Shown piece by piece: positions 18,770-29,530 of a stretch of 64,000 bases of DNA. Positions within the stretch are counted from its first letter, which is position 1. Each line of letters starts with the position of its first letter. The stretch is from Candidatus Caccoplasma intestinavium (GTDB taxonomy: Bacteria; Bacteroidota; Bacteroidia; Bacteroidales; UBA11471). The position numbers and the translations under genes were made by a program. The notes below the pieces were generated by a model, which searched no databases, had not been told where the DNA came from, and saw only the letters and a program-made list of their open reading frames with translations. Location of the stretch: the NCBI GenBank assembly GCA_018715885.1, contig DVKT01000006.1:49168-113167 (forward strand), in the 5' to 3' direction.

Positions 18770-19588
18770 ATGTCAACTTATACCGAAGATACCCGCAAAG
18801 TAACTACACGCCGCCTTATCGAAATGAAAGAACGCGGCGAAAAAATATCGATGCTTACCGCTTACGACTACTCTATGGCGACACTTATCGACCGTGCCGG
18901 CATGGACGTAATTCTGGTGGGCGATTCGGCCTCGAACGTTATGGCAGGAAATGTTACCACACTGCCCATGACTCTCGACCAGATGATCTATCACGGACAA
19001 TCGGTCGTCCGTGCCGTAAAACGTGCGCTCGTTGTTGTCGATATGCCTTTCGGTTCCTATCAGGGAAACTCCAAGGAGGCTTTGGCATCGGCCATACGCA
19101 TTATGAAAGAAACCGGAGCCGATGCCGTCAAACTCGAAGGCGGAGAAGAGATAAAGGAATCCATCGCTCGGATTCTCAGTGCCGGAATTCCTATCATGGG
19201 ACATCTCGGACTTACCCCCCAATCAATTAATAAATTCGGGACTTACGCCGTCCGTGCCAAAGAAGAGGCAGAAGCACAACAACTCATCAAAGATGCCCAT
19301 TTGCTCGAACAACTCGGCTGCTTTGCCATCGTTCTTGAAAAAATACCGGCAAAACTCGCTGCCCGGGTAGCCGAAGAGGTAACCATTCCCATCATCGGTA
19401 TCGGTGCAGGAGGCGGTGTCGACGGTCAGGTGCTGGTTATGCACGACATGTTGGGTATCAACAAAGACTTTTCACCCCGATTCCTGCGTCGTTATGCCAA
19501 CCTACATACTATTATAACCGACGCGGTAAAGCAATACATATCCGATGTCAAGGAACAAGATTTCCCTAACGAATCGGAACAATACTAA
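18770..19588 (+). CDS. panB: 3-methyl-2-oxobutanoate hydroxymethyltransferase
   Basis: ORF trimmed to ATG 18770 ([13 protein letters not shown]...), because the -7 box at 18735..18742 overlaps the longer start. Motifs [24 protein letters not shown]. Confidence 0.92.
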   Translation: MSTYTEDTRKVTTRRLIEMKERGEKISMLTAYDYSMATLIDRAGMDVILVGDSASNVMAGNVTTLPMTLDQMIYHGQSVVRAVKRALVVVDMPFGSYQGNSKEALASAIRIMKETGADAVKLEGGEEIKESIARILSAGIPIMGHLGLTPQSINKFGTYAVRAKEEAEAQQLIKDAHLLEQLGCFAIVLEKIPAKLAARVAEEVTIPIIGIGAGGGVDGQVLVMHDMLGINKDFSPRFLRRYANLHTIITDAVKQYISDVKEQDFPNESEQY

Positions 19589-19602
19589 TCTTCTAAATCT
19601 CT

Positions 19603-19647
19603 ATAAAAGACAAGGGGCAATCAAAATGATTGCCCCTTGTCTTTTAT
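19603..19647. terminator. Bidirectional intrinsic terminator (panB / DUF3109, convergent)
   Basis: 20-nt perfect arms ataaaagacaaggggcaatc / gattgccccttgtcttttat with a 5-nt loop. Confidence 0.9.
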
Positions 19648-19653
19648 AACCGA

Positions 19654-20244
19654 CTATATTTCGCCGGATTCCTTTTGCTGTAAATAGGCCTGCGCCGTCC
19701 GATCGAGCTCGTCATACCACTCTTCCCCGAAACTTCGTATCAGCGGTTCCCGCAAAAAACGGTAGACCTTCACCCCTTCTTTCCGGCCTAACACTTCGGC
19801 CGCCTTGCATATCTTCCAACGATGATAATTGACTGCCGTGAAAGCGGGATAACGAGTTACACGTATCGGATAAAGGTGGCACGACAAAGGTTTATAAAAC
19901 GATACACGACCCTCACGATACGCTTTTTCAATCGCGCACATACACATGCCATCCTCACCATAACAGGTAAAGACACAATCCTTACCGCCAACAATCGACG
20001 TTACCAAATCGCCCTCCTCATCGACATAAGCCACTCCTTGCGACTTGATTATCTCCCGGGCAGCGGGAGTCAAATCATTCCACACCTCAGGCAACAACTT
20101 CATAAGCACAAGCCGCTCCTCCTCGGTAATCGGTGCTCCTGCATCGCCTTCGATGCAACAAGCTCCCCGGCAGGCGGAAAGATTACAGATAAAATCCCGC
20201 TCGATAACATCGAGACTGATAAGCGTATCGCCTATCTGCAACAT
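19654..20244 (-). CDS. DUF3109-like Cys-rich protein (YkgJ/CxxCxxCC-related), function unknown
   Basis: Motifs CNLSACRGACCIEGDAGAP, DCVFTCY, CMCAIEKAY, LSCHLYPIR. Start set to MLQIGD (20244), which avoids overlap with gpmI. Alternative ATG at 20280 (19-nt overlap with the gpmI 3' end) or 20325. Confidence 0.65.
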   Translation of the reverse strand: MLQIGDTLISLDVIERDFICNLSACRGACCIEGDAGAPITEEERLVLMKLLPEVWNDLTPAAREIIKSQGVAYVDEEGDLVTSIVGGKDCVFTCYGEDGMCMCAIEKAYREGRVSFYKPLSCHLYPIRVTRYPAFTAVNYHRWKICKAAEVLGRKEGVKVYRFLREPLIRSFGEEWYDELDRTAQAYLQQKESGEI

Positions 20245-20261
20245 ATACTCTTCGTTGGTTT

Positions 20262-21788
20262 CTAATCCTTTATCAGACATTTGCCCGTCATTTCGGCAGG
20301 AAGCTCTATTCCCATGATATGACACAACGAGGGAGCGACATCGGCAAGAATACCGTTCTCTACTTGTGCCGCTTTATTCGATGTTACATATACGAAAGGA
20401 ACGGGATTGAGCGAATGCGCTGTATTCGGCGTACCATCGGCATTCAAGGCATGATCGGCATTTCCGTGGTCGGCGATGATAATGGCTTCATAACCGTTGG
20501 CCACAGCCGTGTCGATTACCGAACCCACACATTCGTCTACGGCTTTAACCGCTTTTTCGATAGCCTCATATACACCGGTATGTCCCACCATATCACCGTT
20601 GGCGAAATTGCAAACGACAAGATCGTATTTTCCCGAAGCCAATGCATTATTGAGCGCATCTTTCACTTCATAAACGCTCATTTCGGGTTTCAAATCGTAA
20701 GTCGCGACTTTGGGCGAAGGTATCAGTATACGGTCTTCCCCATCGAATTCCTTTTCACGTCCCCCTGAGAAAAAGAACGTTACATGCGCATATTTCTCGG
20801 TTTCGGCAATACGCAGCTGTTTACGGCCGGCTTTCGACACGATTTCCCCCAAAGTATTCACCACATTTTCTTTATCGAAAAGGATATGCAATCCGGTAAA
20901 CTTGGCATCATAAGGGGTCATACAGCAATAATACAAAGGCAACGTATGCATACCGGCTTCGGGCATATCTTGCTGGGTAAGAACGACGGTCAGCTCTTTG
21001 GCCCGATCATTACGGTAATTGAAGAAAATAACCACATCGCCCTCTTCAATCACCGATACGGGTTTCCCGTCGACTCCGACATGAACAATCGGTTTTACAA
21101 ACTCATCGGTAATATCGGCGTCATACGAAGCCTGCATGGCAGCAACCATATCGGTGGCGGGAGTTCCCTTTCCGTTGACAAGCAGGTCATAAGCCTCTTT
21201 CACCCGTTCCCAACGTTTGTCCCGGTCCATGGCATAATAACGGCCTATAATCGAGGCAATAGCCCCTTTCTTTTCCGAAAGATGTTTTTCGAGTGCCTCG
21301 ATAAATCCTTTTCCGCTACGGGGATCGGTATCGCGGCCGTCCATAAAACAATGTACAAACGTCTTATCGATACCGTACTCGGAAGCGATATCGCACAAAA
21401 CAAAAAGGTGATCGAGAGAACTGTGCACACCGCCGTCGGATACAAGCCCCATAAGATGAACTTGTTTCCCGTTCTCCCGAGCATATGTAAAGGCTTTGAC
21501 AATCTCGGGGTTGGAGAAAATCGACTTGTCGGCACAAGCACGGTTTATCTTCACCAAGTCTTGATATACGACGCGACCGGCACCGATATTGAGGTGTCCG
21601 ACTTCGGAGTTTCCCATCTGGCCGTCGGGCAGGCCGACATTTTCTCCCGAAGCCTGCAATTGTGAGTGCGGGTAAGCAGCCAGCAATTTATCCCAATGCG
21701 GAGTAGGTGTGTTATAAATCACATCGTCTTTGGCCCGGTCGCCTATGCCCCAGCCGTCAAGAATCAACAGAAATGCTTTTTTGTTCAT
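20262..21788 (-). CDS. gpmI: 2,3-bisphosphoglycerate-independent phosphoglycerate mutase
   Basis: 508 aa; [26 protein letters not shown] motifs. Confidence 0.95.
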   Translation of the reverse strand: MNKKAFLLILDGWGIGDRAKDDVIYNTPTPHWDKLLAAYPHSQLQASGENVGLPDGQMGNSEVGHLNIGAGRVVYQDLVKINRACADKSIFSNPEIVKAFTYARENGKQVHLMGLVSDGGVHSSLDHLFVLCDIASEYGIDKTFVHCFMDGRDTDPRSGKGFIEALEKHLSEKKGAIASIIGRYYAMDRDKRWERVKEAYDLLVNGKGTPATDMVAAMQASYDADITDEFVKPIVHVGVDGKPVSVIEEGDVVIFFNYRNDRAKELTVVLTQQDMPEAGMHTLPLYYCCMTPYDAKFTGLHILFDKENVVNTLGEIVSKAGRKQLRIAETEKYAHVTFFFSGGREKEFDGEDRILIPSPKVATYDLKPEMSVYEVKDALNNALASGKYDLVVCNFANGDMVGHTGVYEAIEKAVKAVDECVGSVIDTAVANGYEAIIIADHGNADHALNADGTPNTAHSLNPVPFVYVTSNKAAQVENGILADVAPSLCHIMGIELPAEMTGKCLIKD

Positions 21789-21830
21789 TGCAGTAAACTT
21801 TTTAATATCTTTTTTACCAGAATTTGTTTT

Positions 21831-23519
21831 TTATTTTTCCTTTTTATCGGGCAACGGAGTGAAATTGGTATACAGATAGCGCTTGATACTACGTTTGGGT
21901 GTCTTTTCAAACTCCGACTGATAAATATATATGTGCGCGATACTTTCATAAGGCGCCACCTCTTTATTGAGATTTCGGCGCACTTCCTCCATCGCAACCG
22001 GCAGATCTTCCGGGGTAAGACCATACGTATCGACAGCTTCGAAATCGGGATATACCAAAGCGACGAGCTTTCCTTCCTTTTCGATAACGAGACTCTCCAT
22101 GACAAATGGCATATTATTGAGTTTCGACTCTATCTCTTCGGGATAAATATTTTGTCCGTTAGCACCAAGTATCATCGTCTTATAGCGACCTTTGATAAAG
22201 ATGGTTCCGTCCTCGCTTACCGTTCCCATGTCGCCGGTATGCAACCAGCCGTCTTTCAAGACATCGGCCGTTGCTTCTTCATTCTTATAGTATCCTTTCA
22301 TTACATTTTCGCCCCGCACACAGATTTCACCGGGTATCAGTTGGGGATCGGTCGAGTCAATTTTCACCTCCATATAGCCGGGAAGGATACGTCCCGATGA
22401 GCGGGGAATGAATTCTTTCCAATGCGTGTAACTGATAAGCGGAGCGCATTCGGTCATTCCGTAACCTACCGTAAACGGGAATTTGATTTTATGAAGGAAT
22501 GCTTCTACCTCGGCATTTAAAGGAGCTCCGCCTACGATAACCTGCTCGAAACGCCCGCCGAAAGCATCGACCAATTTCTTGCAAACCTGCCCGTAAATAC
22601 GGCTGTCGAGTACCGGAAGGGACAACGCCCAACGCATCGTACGCTTATTGAGCATAGGAAGTATTTGCTTGCGATATATCTTTTCGAGAATAAGAGGTAC
22701 GCAGATGATGAGATTGGGCTTCACTTCCTCCATCGCTTTCAACAAAATTTTAGGCGAAGGTATCTTTCCCAACAGAGTAACATGCGTCCCGACAGCCAAC
22801 GGTGTCAGCAGGTCGAAAGCACAACCGTAAGCATGAGCCAGAGGAAGGAACGACAAACACTTGCTACCTTTATAATGCAGTTTCGATTGCATACCGAAAC
22901 AGGTATTCCCTGCCAGATTATTTCCGGTAAGCATCACGCCTTTGCTGAATCCCGTCGTACCCGAAGTGTAATTGATAAGACTTACCTTATCGTTACCCAA
23001 CTCGGCATATTTTATATCGTTACGGGAAAAACCGTCGGGATAAGTTTTTTCGAAATGCTGGTCGATATCAGCAAGATACTGCATAATATCTTCCCCATCT
23101 CTCTGGTCGAGGCAACTGTAATCGTCGAGGGAAATAACACCCCGCACCTGATTGAGTTTCTCCATCTCGATATGCTCCCACGCCAAACTGCCGGAAAAAA
23201 GCAACACGGCATCGGAATGGTTTATGATGTGGTGCACATCATTGGGATTGAAATCTTGCAGAATAGGAACAATAATCGCCCCATAAGTAACCGTAGCGAA
23301 AAAAGACATCACCCAACGCGGAGTATTCCGCCCGATAAGAGCGATTTTGTCGCCCCGACGTATTTGGCAATGCTGCAACAAGAGATGTATACGTGCTATC
23401 TGTCGAGCCATATCGCCATAAGTAAACGTCTCGCGGGTATTGTAATCGGTCAATGCCGGCAGGTCCCAATTCTCCTTGAAACTTTTCTCGTAGATTTTGA
23501 TAAAATTTTCCTCTACCAT
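21831..23519 (-). CDS. AMP-dependent (long-chain) acyl-CoA synthetase
   Basis: 562 aa; AMP-binding signature YTSGTTGFSKGVMLT, GYGMTE, TGDMG. Confidence 0.85.
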   Translation of the reverse strand: MVEENFIKIYEKSFKENWDLPALTDYNTRETFTYGDMARQIARIHLLLQHCQIRRGDKIALIGRNTPRWVMSFFATVTYGAIIVPILQDFNPNDVHHIINHSDAVLLFSGSLAWEHIEMEKLNQVRGVISLDDYSCLDQRDGEDIMQYLADIDQHFEKTYPDGFSRNDIKYAELGNDKVSLINYTSGTTGFSKGVMLTGNNLAGNTCFGMQSKLHYKGSKCLSFLPLAHAYGCAFDLLTPLAVGTHVTLLGKIPSPKILLKAMEEVKPNLIICVPLILEKIYRKQILPMLNKRTMRWALSLPVLDSRIYGQVCKKLVDAFGGRFEQVIVGGAPLNAEVEAFLHKIKFPFTVGYGMTECAPLISYTHWKEFIPRSSGRILPGYMEVKIDSTDPQLIPGEICVRGENVMKGYYKNEEATADVLKDGWLHTGDMGTVSEDGTIFIKGRYKTMILGANGQNIYPEEIESKLNNMPFVMESLVIEKEGKLVALVYPDFEAVDTYGLTPEDLPVAMEEVRRNLNKEVAPYESIAHIYIYQSEFEKTPKRSIKRYLYTNFTPLPDKKEK

Positions 23520-23541
23520 GAGACAACAAATATATTTTCCG

Positions 23542-23549
23542 CAAAGGTA
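23542..23549 (-). promoter_or_regulatory. -7 box (TACCTTTG) for acyl-CoA synthetase gene
   Basis: TAnnTTTG match on the minus strand 23 nt upstream of ATG 23519. Confidence 0.6.
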
Positions 23550-23622
23550 AAATAAAAAAACAAATAATTATATCGAACAGGCAAAGAAGGAAAAGATTAT
23601 CAAGGTTTTCGAGATATTTCAT

Positions 23623-23630
23623 TATCTTTG
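23623..23630 (+). promoter_or_regulatory. -7 box (TATCTTTG) for GH43 gene at 23757
   Basis: TAnnTTTG match; implies a ~120-nt leader. Confidence 0.45.
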
Positions 23631-23756
23631 ACAACCAAAATAAAAAGCGGACGACCCGCATCATGTGCCGCCCGTTTTTTTCACCATTACAACAAATAGA
23701 TTTATTCCTTCGCAATATATCGACCGATTACCTCCAACAAAAAACAAATACCTCAA

Positions 23757-24833
23757 ATGAAAAATCCGACCATTCTCACATTATGCATTTTATGGGCCTC
23801 ACTGTCCTTATCTTTCTCCACCACTGCACAAAACGAAGCCAAAGAAGAGCCACTCGGGACACCTGCCCGATACCTATTTCCCGATGATTACATGGCCGAC
23901 CCGTCGGTACATATTTTCGAAGGGAAAGTCTATATTTATCCCTCCCACGACTGGGAATCGGGAGTTACCGACCCCGAAGACGGGAATCACTTCAATATGC
24001 GCGACTACCATGTATTTTCTACCAAAGAACCGCAAAAAGGGATAGTTACCGACCACGGCGTCGTTCTTTCTCTCGAACAGATTCCGTGGGCAAGCCGGCA
24101 ACTTTGGGCTTGCGATGTCGCTTGTAAAGACGGTAAATATTATATGTATTTTCCGGCCAAAGACAAAAACGACATCTTCCGCCTCGGTGTAGCCATCGGC
24201 GAAAAACCTTACGGACCGTTCATTCCCCAGCCCCATCCCATGCGGGGCAGTTACAGCATCGATCCCGCCGTATTTGAAGACGACGGCAAATACTATATCT
24301 ATTTCGGAGGTTTGCAAGGCGGGCAACTCCAACGGTACCGAGATAATAAGGCTCAGGAATGCGGTATCATTCCCGGGAAAAATGAAGAGGCTCTTCCCGC
24401 CCGGGTAGCACGCCTCAGCGACGATATGCTCGAATTTGCCGAAGACCCGCGACCGGTAATGATTCTCGATTCGAACGGCAATCCTCTCAAAAACGGAGAT
24501 CCGCACCGTTTCTTCGAAGCAGCATGGGTACACAAATACAACGGGAAATATTATTTTTCCTACTCAACCGGCACGTCCCATATGCTCTGCTATGCCATAG
24601 GAGACAACCCCTACGGACCGTTCACTTACACGGGGGTAATACTCACACCTGTAATCGGCTGGACAACCCATCACTCGATATGCCAATACAAAGGCAAATG
24701 GTATCTCTTTTTCCACGATAGCGCTCCATCGGGAGGTGTATCATACCTACGCAGCATGAAAGTCTGTGAACTGGAATATAATCCCGACGGTACTATACGC
24801 ACCATTTCGGGTGAAACCCGACCGACACGATAA
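23757..24833 (+). CDS. Glycoside hydrolase family 43 (five-bladed propeller; xylosidase/arabinofuranosidase type), exported
   Basis: 358 aa. Signal peptide ...FSTTA|QNEA. GH43-like blocks MADPSVHIFEGKVYIYPSHD, WACDVACKDGKYYMYF, FEAAWVHKYNGKYYFSYS. Confidence 0.82.
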   Translation: MKNPTILTLCILWASLSLSFSTTAQNEAKEEPLGTPARYLFPDDYMADPSVHIFEGKVYIYPSHDWESGVTDPEDGNHFNMRDYHVFSTKEPQKGIVTDHGVVLSLEQIPWASRQLWACDVACKDGKYYMYFPAKDKNDIFRLGVAIGEKPYGPFIPQPHPMRGSYSIDPAVFEDDGKYYIYFGGLQGGQLQRYRDNKAQECGIIPGKNEEALPARVARLSDDMLEFAEDPRPVMILDSNGNPLKNGDPHRFFEAAWVHKYNGKYYFSYSTGTSHMLCYAIGDNPYGPFTYTGVILTPVIGWTTHHSICQYKGKWYLFFHDSAPSGGVSYLRSMKVCELEYNPDGTIRTISGETRPTR

Positions 24834-24958
24834 CAACCTTTCGAGAAGGCAGGAAAGAGTCATAAATCTTTTTCTTTTCCTCTCAGAAAAAAGAACATTT
24901 CATGGCGTTAAATAAAAAGAAAGTATCTGCTATTACAGTTTATTTATGCGTGAAATAT

Positions 24959-24966
24959 TACTTTTG
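24959..24966 (+). promoter_or_regulatory. -7 box (TACTTTTG) for mtaB
   Basis: TAnnTTTG match 30 nt upstream of ATG 24996. Confidence 0.55.
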
Positions 24967-24995
24967 TATCGAAATCTGCCATTAAATAGAACCAG

Positions 24996-26318
24996 ATGAT
25001 CGACCGCCAAACATTCGGACCGCAAACCGCCGCTTACTACACCTTAGGGTGCAAACTCAACTTCGCCGAAACTTCGACCATCGGACGCATGCTCGAAGAG
25101 AGGGGCATACGTCGTGCCCGAAACGGGGAACCCGTCGACATCTGCATCATCAACACCTGCTCGGTAACGGAACTCGCCGACAAAAAATGCCGGCAAACCA
25201 TACGCCGTATTTCCCGCCAACACCCCGAGGCCGTCGTTGTCGTAACCGGTTGTTACGCACAACTCAAACCCGAAGAGATCGCCCGCATACCGGGCGTCGA
25301 TATGGTACTGGGCGCAGGAGAAAAAGGCAAAATAGCCCAATACCTCGACAAACTGCAAAAAAAAGAAGAAACCGACATATTCACCACCCCCAGTCAGGAA
25401 ATCGACAATTTCGCCCCTTCGTGTTCACGAGGCGACCGCACACGCTACTTTCTCAAAGTGCAAGACGGCTGCGACTATTTCTGCTCATATTGCACGATAC
25501 CTTACGCCCGAGGCAGAAGCCGCAACGGACACATCGCCGACCTTGTGGAGCAAGCCCGTAACGTGGCTCGTGAAGGCGGTCATGAGATCGTTCTGACGGG
25601 TGTGAACATAGGAGACTTCGGTAAAACGACCGGAGAGACATTTTTCGGGCTCATACAGGAACTCGAAAAAATCGACGGCATAGACCGGTATCGCATCTCA
25701 TCGATAGAGCCCAATCTACTGACCGACGAAATCATCGATTTCGTCGCCGCATCGAAACATTTCGCCCCCCACTTCCACATACCCTTGCAATCGGGTAGCG
25801 ATGAGGTTCTCCGCCTTATGCGCAGACGCTACGACACGCAACTCTTCGCGCGACGTATCGAACATATCAAACAAGTCATGCCCGACGCTTTCATCGGAGT
25901 CGACCTCATTGTCGGTATGCGCGGAGAGACCGATACGCTTTTCGACGAGTCGGCCCAGTTTATCGACAGTCTCGACATCTCCCAATTGCATGTTTTCACC
26001 TATTCCGAGCGTCCGGGTACGCAAGCTCTGAAAATAGAGCCCATCGTGCCACAGGAAATCAGGCATGAGCGTTGTCGTCGTATTCTCGAAATATCGGAAA
26101 GGAAACTACACCGTTTTTATTCTTCCCAAATAAGCAAAACTCGTCCCGTGCTTTTTGAACACCCGGCAAAAAATGCCCCGATGCATGGATTTACCGACAA
26201 CTATGTGAGAGTGGAACTCCCTTTTGAAAAGAGCCTCATCAATACGGTACGCAATGTAAAAATAGGCGATTTCATCGAAAAAAAAGATATTCCAGCTTTA
26301 CATGCACAGCTCCTATAA
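24996..26318 (+). CDS. mtaB: MiaB-like methylthiotransferase (tRNA t6A37 methylthiotransferase MtaB type)
   Basis: 440 aa. N-terminal MTTase cysteines (LGCKLN, NTCSVT, TGCYAQ). Radical-SAM CDYFCSYC. C-terminal TRAM-like region. Confidence 0.82.
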   Translation: MIDRQTFGPQTAAYYTLGCKLNFAETSTIGRMLEERGIRRARNGEPVDICIINTCSVTELADKKCRQTIRRISRQHPEAVVVVTGCYAQLKPEEIARIPGVDMVLGAGEKGKIAQYLDKLQKKEETDIFTTPSQEIDNFAPSCSRGDRTRYFLKVQDGCDYFCSYCTIPYARGRSRNGHIADLVEQARNVAREGGHEIVLTGVNIGDFGKTTGETFFGLIQELEKIDGIDRYRISSIEPNLLTDEIIDFVAASKHFAPHFHIPLQSGSDEVLRLMRRRYDTQLFARRIEHIKQVMPDAFIGVDLIVGMRGETDTLFDESAQFIDSLDISQLHVFTYSERPGTQALKIEPIVPQEIRHERCRRILEISERKLHRFYSSQISKTRPVLFEHPAKNAPMHGFTDNYVRVELPFEKSLINTVRNVKIGDFIEKKDIPALHAQLL

Positions 26319-26324
26319 AACGAC

Positions 26325-27221
26325 ATGAAGAAGCATATTTTACAAAATATTTGTCTGGCTCCATTCGGTCTTTTCCTGCGGATAGTGGCTCTGCTTCCTC
26401 TCCGCATCTTATATATTTTATCAGATCTGCTTTATCCGTTGGTCTATTACATAGGCCGTTATAGGCTGCACATCGTGCGCAAGAACCTGAAAAACGCATT
26501 CCCTCAAAATACTCCGCAAGAACGCAAAGCCATCGAACGACGATTTTACCGGCATTTTTGCGATTATTTCTTCGAAACGATCAAGTTATTGCACATCTCC
26601 GACGATGAGATGCGCAGACGCATGCAATTCGTCAATGCGGAATTATTAGAATCGACGCTCAACAGCGGGCGTTCGGTTATCATGATGTTGGGACATTACG
26701 GCAACTGGGAATATATCTCGTCGATCTCCCTATGGATAAATACCCCGAATACCCGTTTGGGGCAGATCTACCGCCCGTTGAAAAACGAATGGTTCGACCG
26801 GTTATTCCTGAAAATACGCTCCCGCTTCGGTCTTACCTGCATACCCAAAGCCGGTACGCTGCGCTCCCTCCTGTCGGTACGCGCATCGGGCAAACAATCG
26901 GGAACCGGATTCATTTCGGACCAAACGCCATCACCTGCCAATATACATCATTGGACAACGTTCCTCAACCAAGATACTCCGGTATTCACCGGCGGAGAAA
27001 TTATTGCCAAAAAACTCGACATCGCCGTCATGTACTTCGACGTCGAAGTCATAAAACGGGGATATTACCGAGCCACCATACGGGAAATAGAACTCGATCC
27101 GCGTACTCGTCCCGACTTCGAAATCACCGACCGATACATCGGGCTGATGGAACAAACGATACTCCGAGCCCCAGAGTATTGGCTTTGGACCCACAACCGC
27201 TGGAAACACCAGCACTTATAA
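26325..27221 (+). CDS. LpxL/HtrB-family lipid A (lauroyl/myristoyl-type) acyltransferase
   Basis: 298 aa. N-terminal membrane anchor. HX4E/D-like motif GHYGNWE. Family-typical length. Confidence 0.72.
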   Translation: MKKHILQNICLAPFGLFLRIVALLPLRILYILSDLLYPLVYYIGRYRLHIVRKNLKNAFPQNTPQERKAIERRFYRHFCDYFFETIKLLHISDDEMRRRMQFVNAELLESTLNSGRSVIMMLGHYGNWEYISSISLWINTPNTRLGQIYRPLKNEWFDRLFLKIRSRFGLTCIPKAGTLRSLLSVRASGKQSGTGFISDQTPSPANIHHWTTFLNQDTPVFTGGEIIAKKLDIAVMYFDVEVIKRGYYRATIREIELDPRTRPDFEITDRYIGLMEQTILRAPEYWLWTHNRWKHQHL

Positions 27222-27230
27222 TCCCTCTCC

Positions 27231-28229
27231 ATGAAAAAAGTAGCAGTCGTCATACTCAACTGGAACGGACTCGATCTGATGAAAGAGTTTCTGCCCTCGA
27301 TATGTGCCCATACACCGACCGACATAGCCGACGTCGTTGTTGCCGATAACGGTTCGACCGACGGTTCGGTCGAGTGGTTAAAAAGAAACCACCCCGATGT
27401 GATACTTCTCGAAATGGAAGAAAATCACGGTTATGCCCGAGGATACAATCTTGCCATAAAAAAACTGCCATACCCTTACGTCGTCCTCCTCAACTCCGAT
27501 GTCGAAGCCTCTCCCGATTGGCTTACACCATTGTTCGACTTCTGCGAGTCCCATCCCGATGTAGGCGCATGCCAACCCAAACTACTTGCTTACCGAGACA
27601 AAAAGGCGTTTGAATATGCTGGTGCGGCAGGCGGATTTCTCGATAAATACGGCTATCCCTACTGCCGGGGACGCATCTTCTTCTCTATCGAAAACGATGA
27701 AGGACAATACGACTCGCCGGCAGAAATTTTTTGGGCGACGGGAGCCTGCCTCTTTATCCGTCGGGAGGTATACCTGAAAGCCGGAGGCCTCGACGAAAGT
27801 TTCTTTGCCCACATGGAGGAAATAGATCTCTGCTGGCGTGTCAAATTATTGGGATACAAAATATACACCGTACCGCAAAGCCACATGTACCATCTCGGAG
27901 GCGCCACGCTTTCGGCCAGCGAACCGCGCAAGACCTACCTCAATTTTCGCAACAATCTGCTGATGCTCTATAAAAACCTTCCGAAAAACGAAGGTCGCAG
28001 AATTCTCATCATACGCCGATTGCTCGACACGATCGCCCTCGCCCGATATATCGCCGGAGGAGAATGGCAGCACGCTCGCGCCGTATGGCTCGCCCACAAT
28101 CACTTCCGTAAAGAGCGCAAACGCTATCACGAACAGCCCGATACCAACATACTAAAAGAAATGCCCGAAGGCCGCCGGAACATCGTCATCGACTATTTCA
28201 TACGCCGAAAACACACCTATCGCCCATAG
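27231..28229 (+). CDS. Glycosyltransferase family 2
   Basis: 332 aa; VVILNWNG, VVADNGSTDGS, LLNSDVE (DxD) motifs. Confidence 0.85.
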   Translation: MKKVAVVILNWNGLDLMKEFLPSICAHTPTDIADVVVADNGSTDGSVEWLKRNHPDVILLEMEENHGYARGYNLAIKKLPYPYVVLLNSDVEASPDWLTPLFDFCESHPDVGACQPKLLAYRDKKAFEYAGAAGGFLDKYGYPYCRGRIFFSIENDEGQYDSPAEIFWATGACLFIRREVYLKAGGLDESFFAHMEEIDLCWRVKLLGYKIYTVPQSHMYHLGGATLSASEPRKTYLNFRNNLLMLYKNLPKNEGRRILIIRRLLDTIALARYIAGGEWQHARAVWLAHNHFRKERKRYHEQPDTNILKEMPEGRRNIVIDYFIRRKHTYRP

Positions 28230-28295
28230 CTTTTTACCGGAATAACATCGACAGAAAGATAAATAATAAATGACTGATACAAAAGCACGGATACT

Positions 28296-28940
28296 CTATT
28301 CGACAGCCAGTGTCAATACAAAATCGGGAAGGCAGATGTAATAAATGCGGAAATGACGGTTCTGACCTGAACGAAATTCTTCCGCCTCAAAACATCGGGC
28401 TTCGCCAGAAGAAAGTGTGTACCGAAAAGGGGATATACTCAAATGCTTGGCAAAATCCACGCCTTCGATTCCCAAAATCTTAAACATCGACTCTTTGGCC
28501 GACCACAACAGCGTTGCCACGTCATCGGGCACATCGCACTTCAACATTTCCCGTTCTTCTATGCCAAGAAAACGTTCCGATACCTTCAAAGCCCGTTTTC
28601 CCCACGTTTCAATATCAATACCGACCGGCCTGTCAGCCACCGCTACAACAACCCACCCTTGTGTGTGTGAAATAGAAATATGGGCGGATTCATCGAAAAT
28701 TCCGGGCTTTCCATGACGATCGTAAACGATGTCTCCCGTCTGCCCCAAACGCATCAACAACAACCGAGCCGCCAATCGCTCCCGTCGCCGCTTTTCTGCC
28801 GTAATTCCTCCGACAGCCTTTTCGCAAACGCCTTTCGACTTCTCGGGAAAAAATCCGCAAAGCGTTTCGCTATCCTCGGCGAGACGCCATAAAGCAACAC
28901 GCACTCCGGGAAATCGATCCAAAACAGTATAGAAAGGCAT
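28296..28940 (-). CDS. 4'-phosphopantetheinyl transferase (Sfp/EntD-type)
   Basis: 214 aa. Motifs GKPGI...ISISHT, VGIDIE, WSAKESMFK. The ATG shares one nucleotide with the gldD stop (TGATG). Confidence 0.78.
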   Translation of the reverse strand: MPFYTVLDRFPGVRVALWRLAEDSETLCGFFPEKSKGVCEKAVGGITAEKRRRERLAARLLLMRLGQTGDIVYDRHGKPGIFDESAHISISHTQGWVVVAVADRPVGIDIETWGKRALKVSERFLGIEEREMLKCDVPDDVATLLWSAKESMFKILGIEGVDFAKHLSISPFRYTLSSGEARCFEAEEFRSGQNRHFRIYYICLPDFVLTLAVE

Positions 28941-29530
28941 CAGTGTAATTGTAAGGTTTCTATCAGGCGAACCACATCGTCGGTTATATAATCGACAATC
29001 GGGGCTACGGAATCGCGTCGCACCGGAGTATCGAAATAAAGCGCACCTCGAAAAAGATACGCTGCACTATCGGTAACGACAAACTGCAACGGCGTAGCTG
29101 CTTGTCCCGATAAATTGTATAAAACGGCATATACACGACATTCATCATCGGCATAACTTTGCGCCGTGATCGATGACGCTTTTGCAGCATGCACATATAC
29201 CAAATCGCGGCTTTCGGCATAAAAAGCCTCTTTGTTTTCGGTCGTCAGGGCAACATAACTGCACCACAAAGTTGCGCCATAATGAGGATAGACGATATTG
29301 ACCCATGACGGCGAGGCTACATCTCGCTCAAAAGCCGCCTGAGAAGGAATCTCAAAAGAGAGAGGGAAATACGGGTATATACGCCGATAAACCGTATCGA
29401 CACGTTCGATACGCATAAAGCCCTCGGGCCGAGGCATATCCCCCCGTCCCGAACGACATCCCGTCCCGAACAACAACAAAAAGAGCAATACCAAACAAAC
29501 GCCCCGCCCCCTATTGCGACACATCTTCAT
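28940..29530 (-). CDS. gldD: GldD-like gliding-motility/T9SS-associated lipoprotein
   Basis: 196 aa. Lipobox LFGTGC. C-terminal block QFVVTDSAAYLFRGALYFDTP...DSVAPIVDYITDDVVRLIETL matches my recollection of GldD. Lies downstream of gldE as in Flavobacterium. Confidence 0.68.
   Translation of the reverse strand: MKMCRNRGRGVCLVLLFLLLFGTGCRSGRGDMPRPEGFMRIERVDTVYRRIYPYFPLSFEIPSQAAFERDVASPSWVNIVYPHYGATLWCSYVALTTENKEAFYAESRDLVYVHAAKASSITAQSYADDECRVYAVLYNLSGQAATPLQFVVTDSAAYLFRGALYFDTPVRRDSVAPIVDYITDDVVRLIETLQLH

Noticed and set aside
23647-23685. Possible attenuator or terminator (GC hairpin and T7 run) in the leader of the GH43 gene
   Set aside because: The only stem directly adjacent to a T-run is 4 bp (gcgg/ccgc) and reads as a terminator on the minus strand, where no gene needs it. 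On the + strand the hairpin and the T-run are separated by ~15 nt. Too weak to call.
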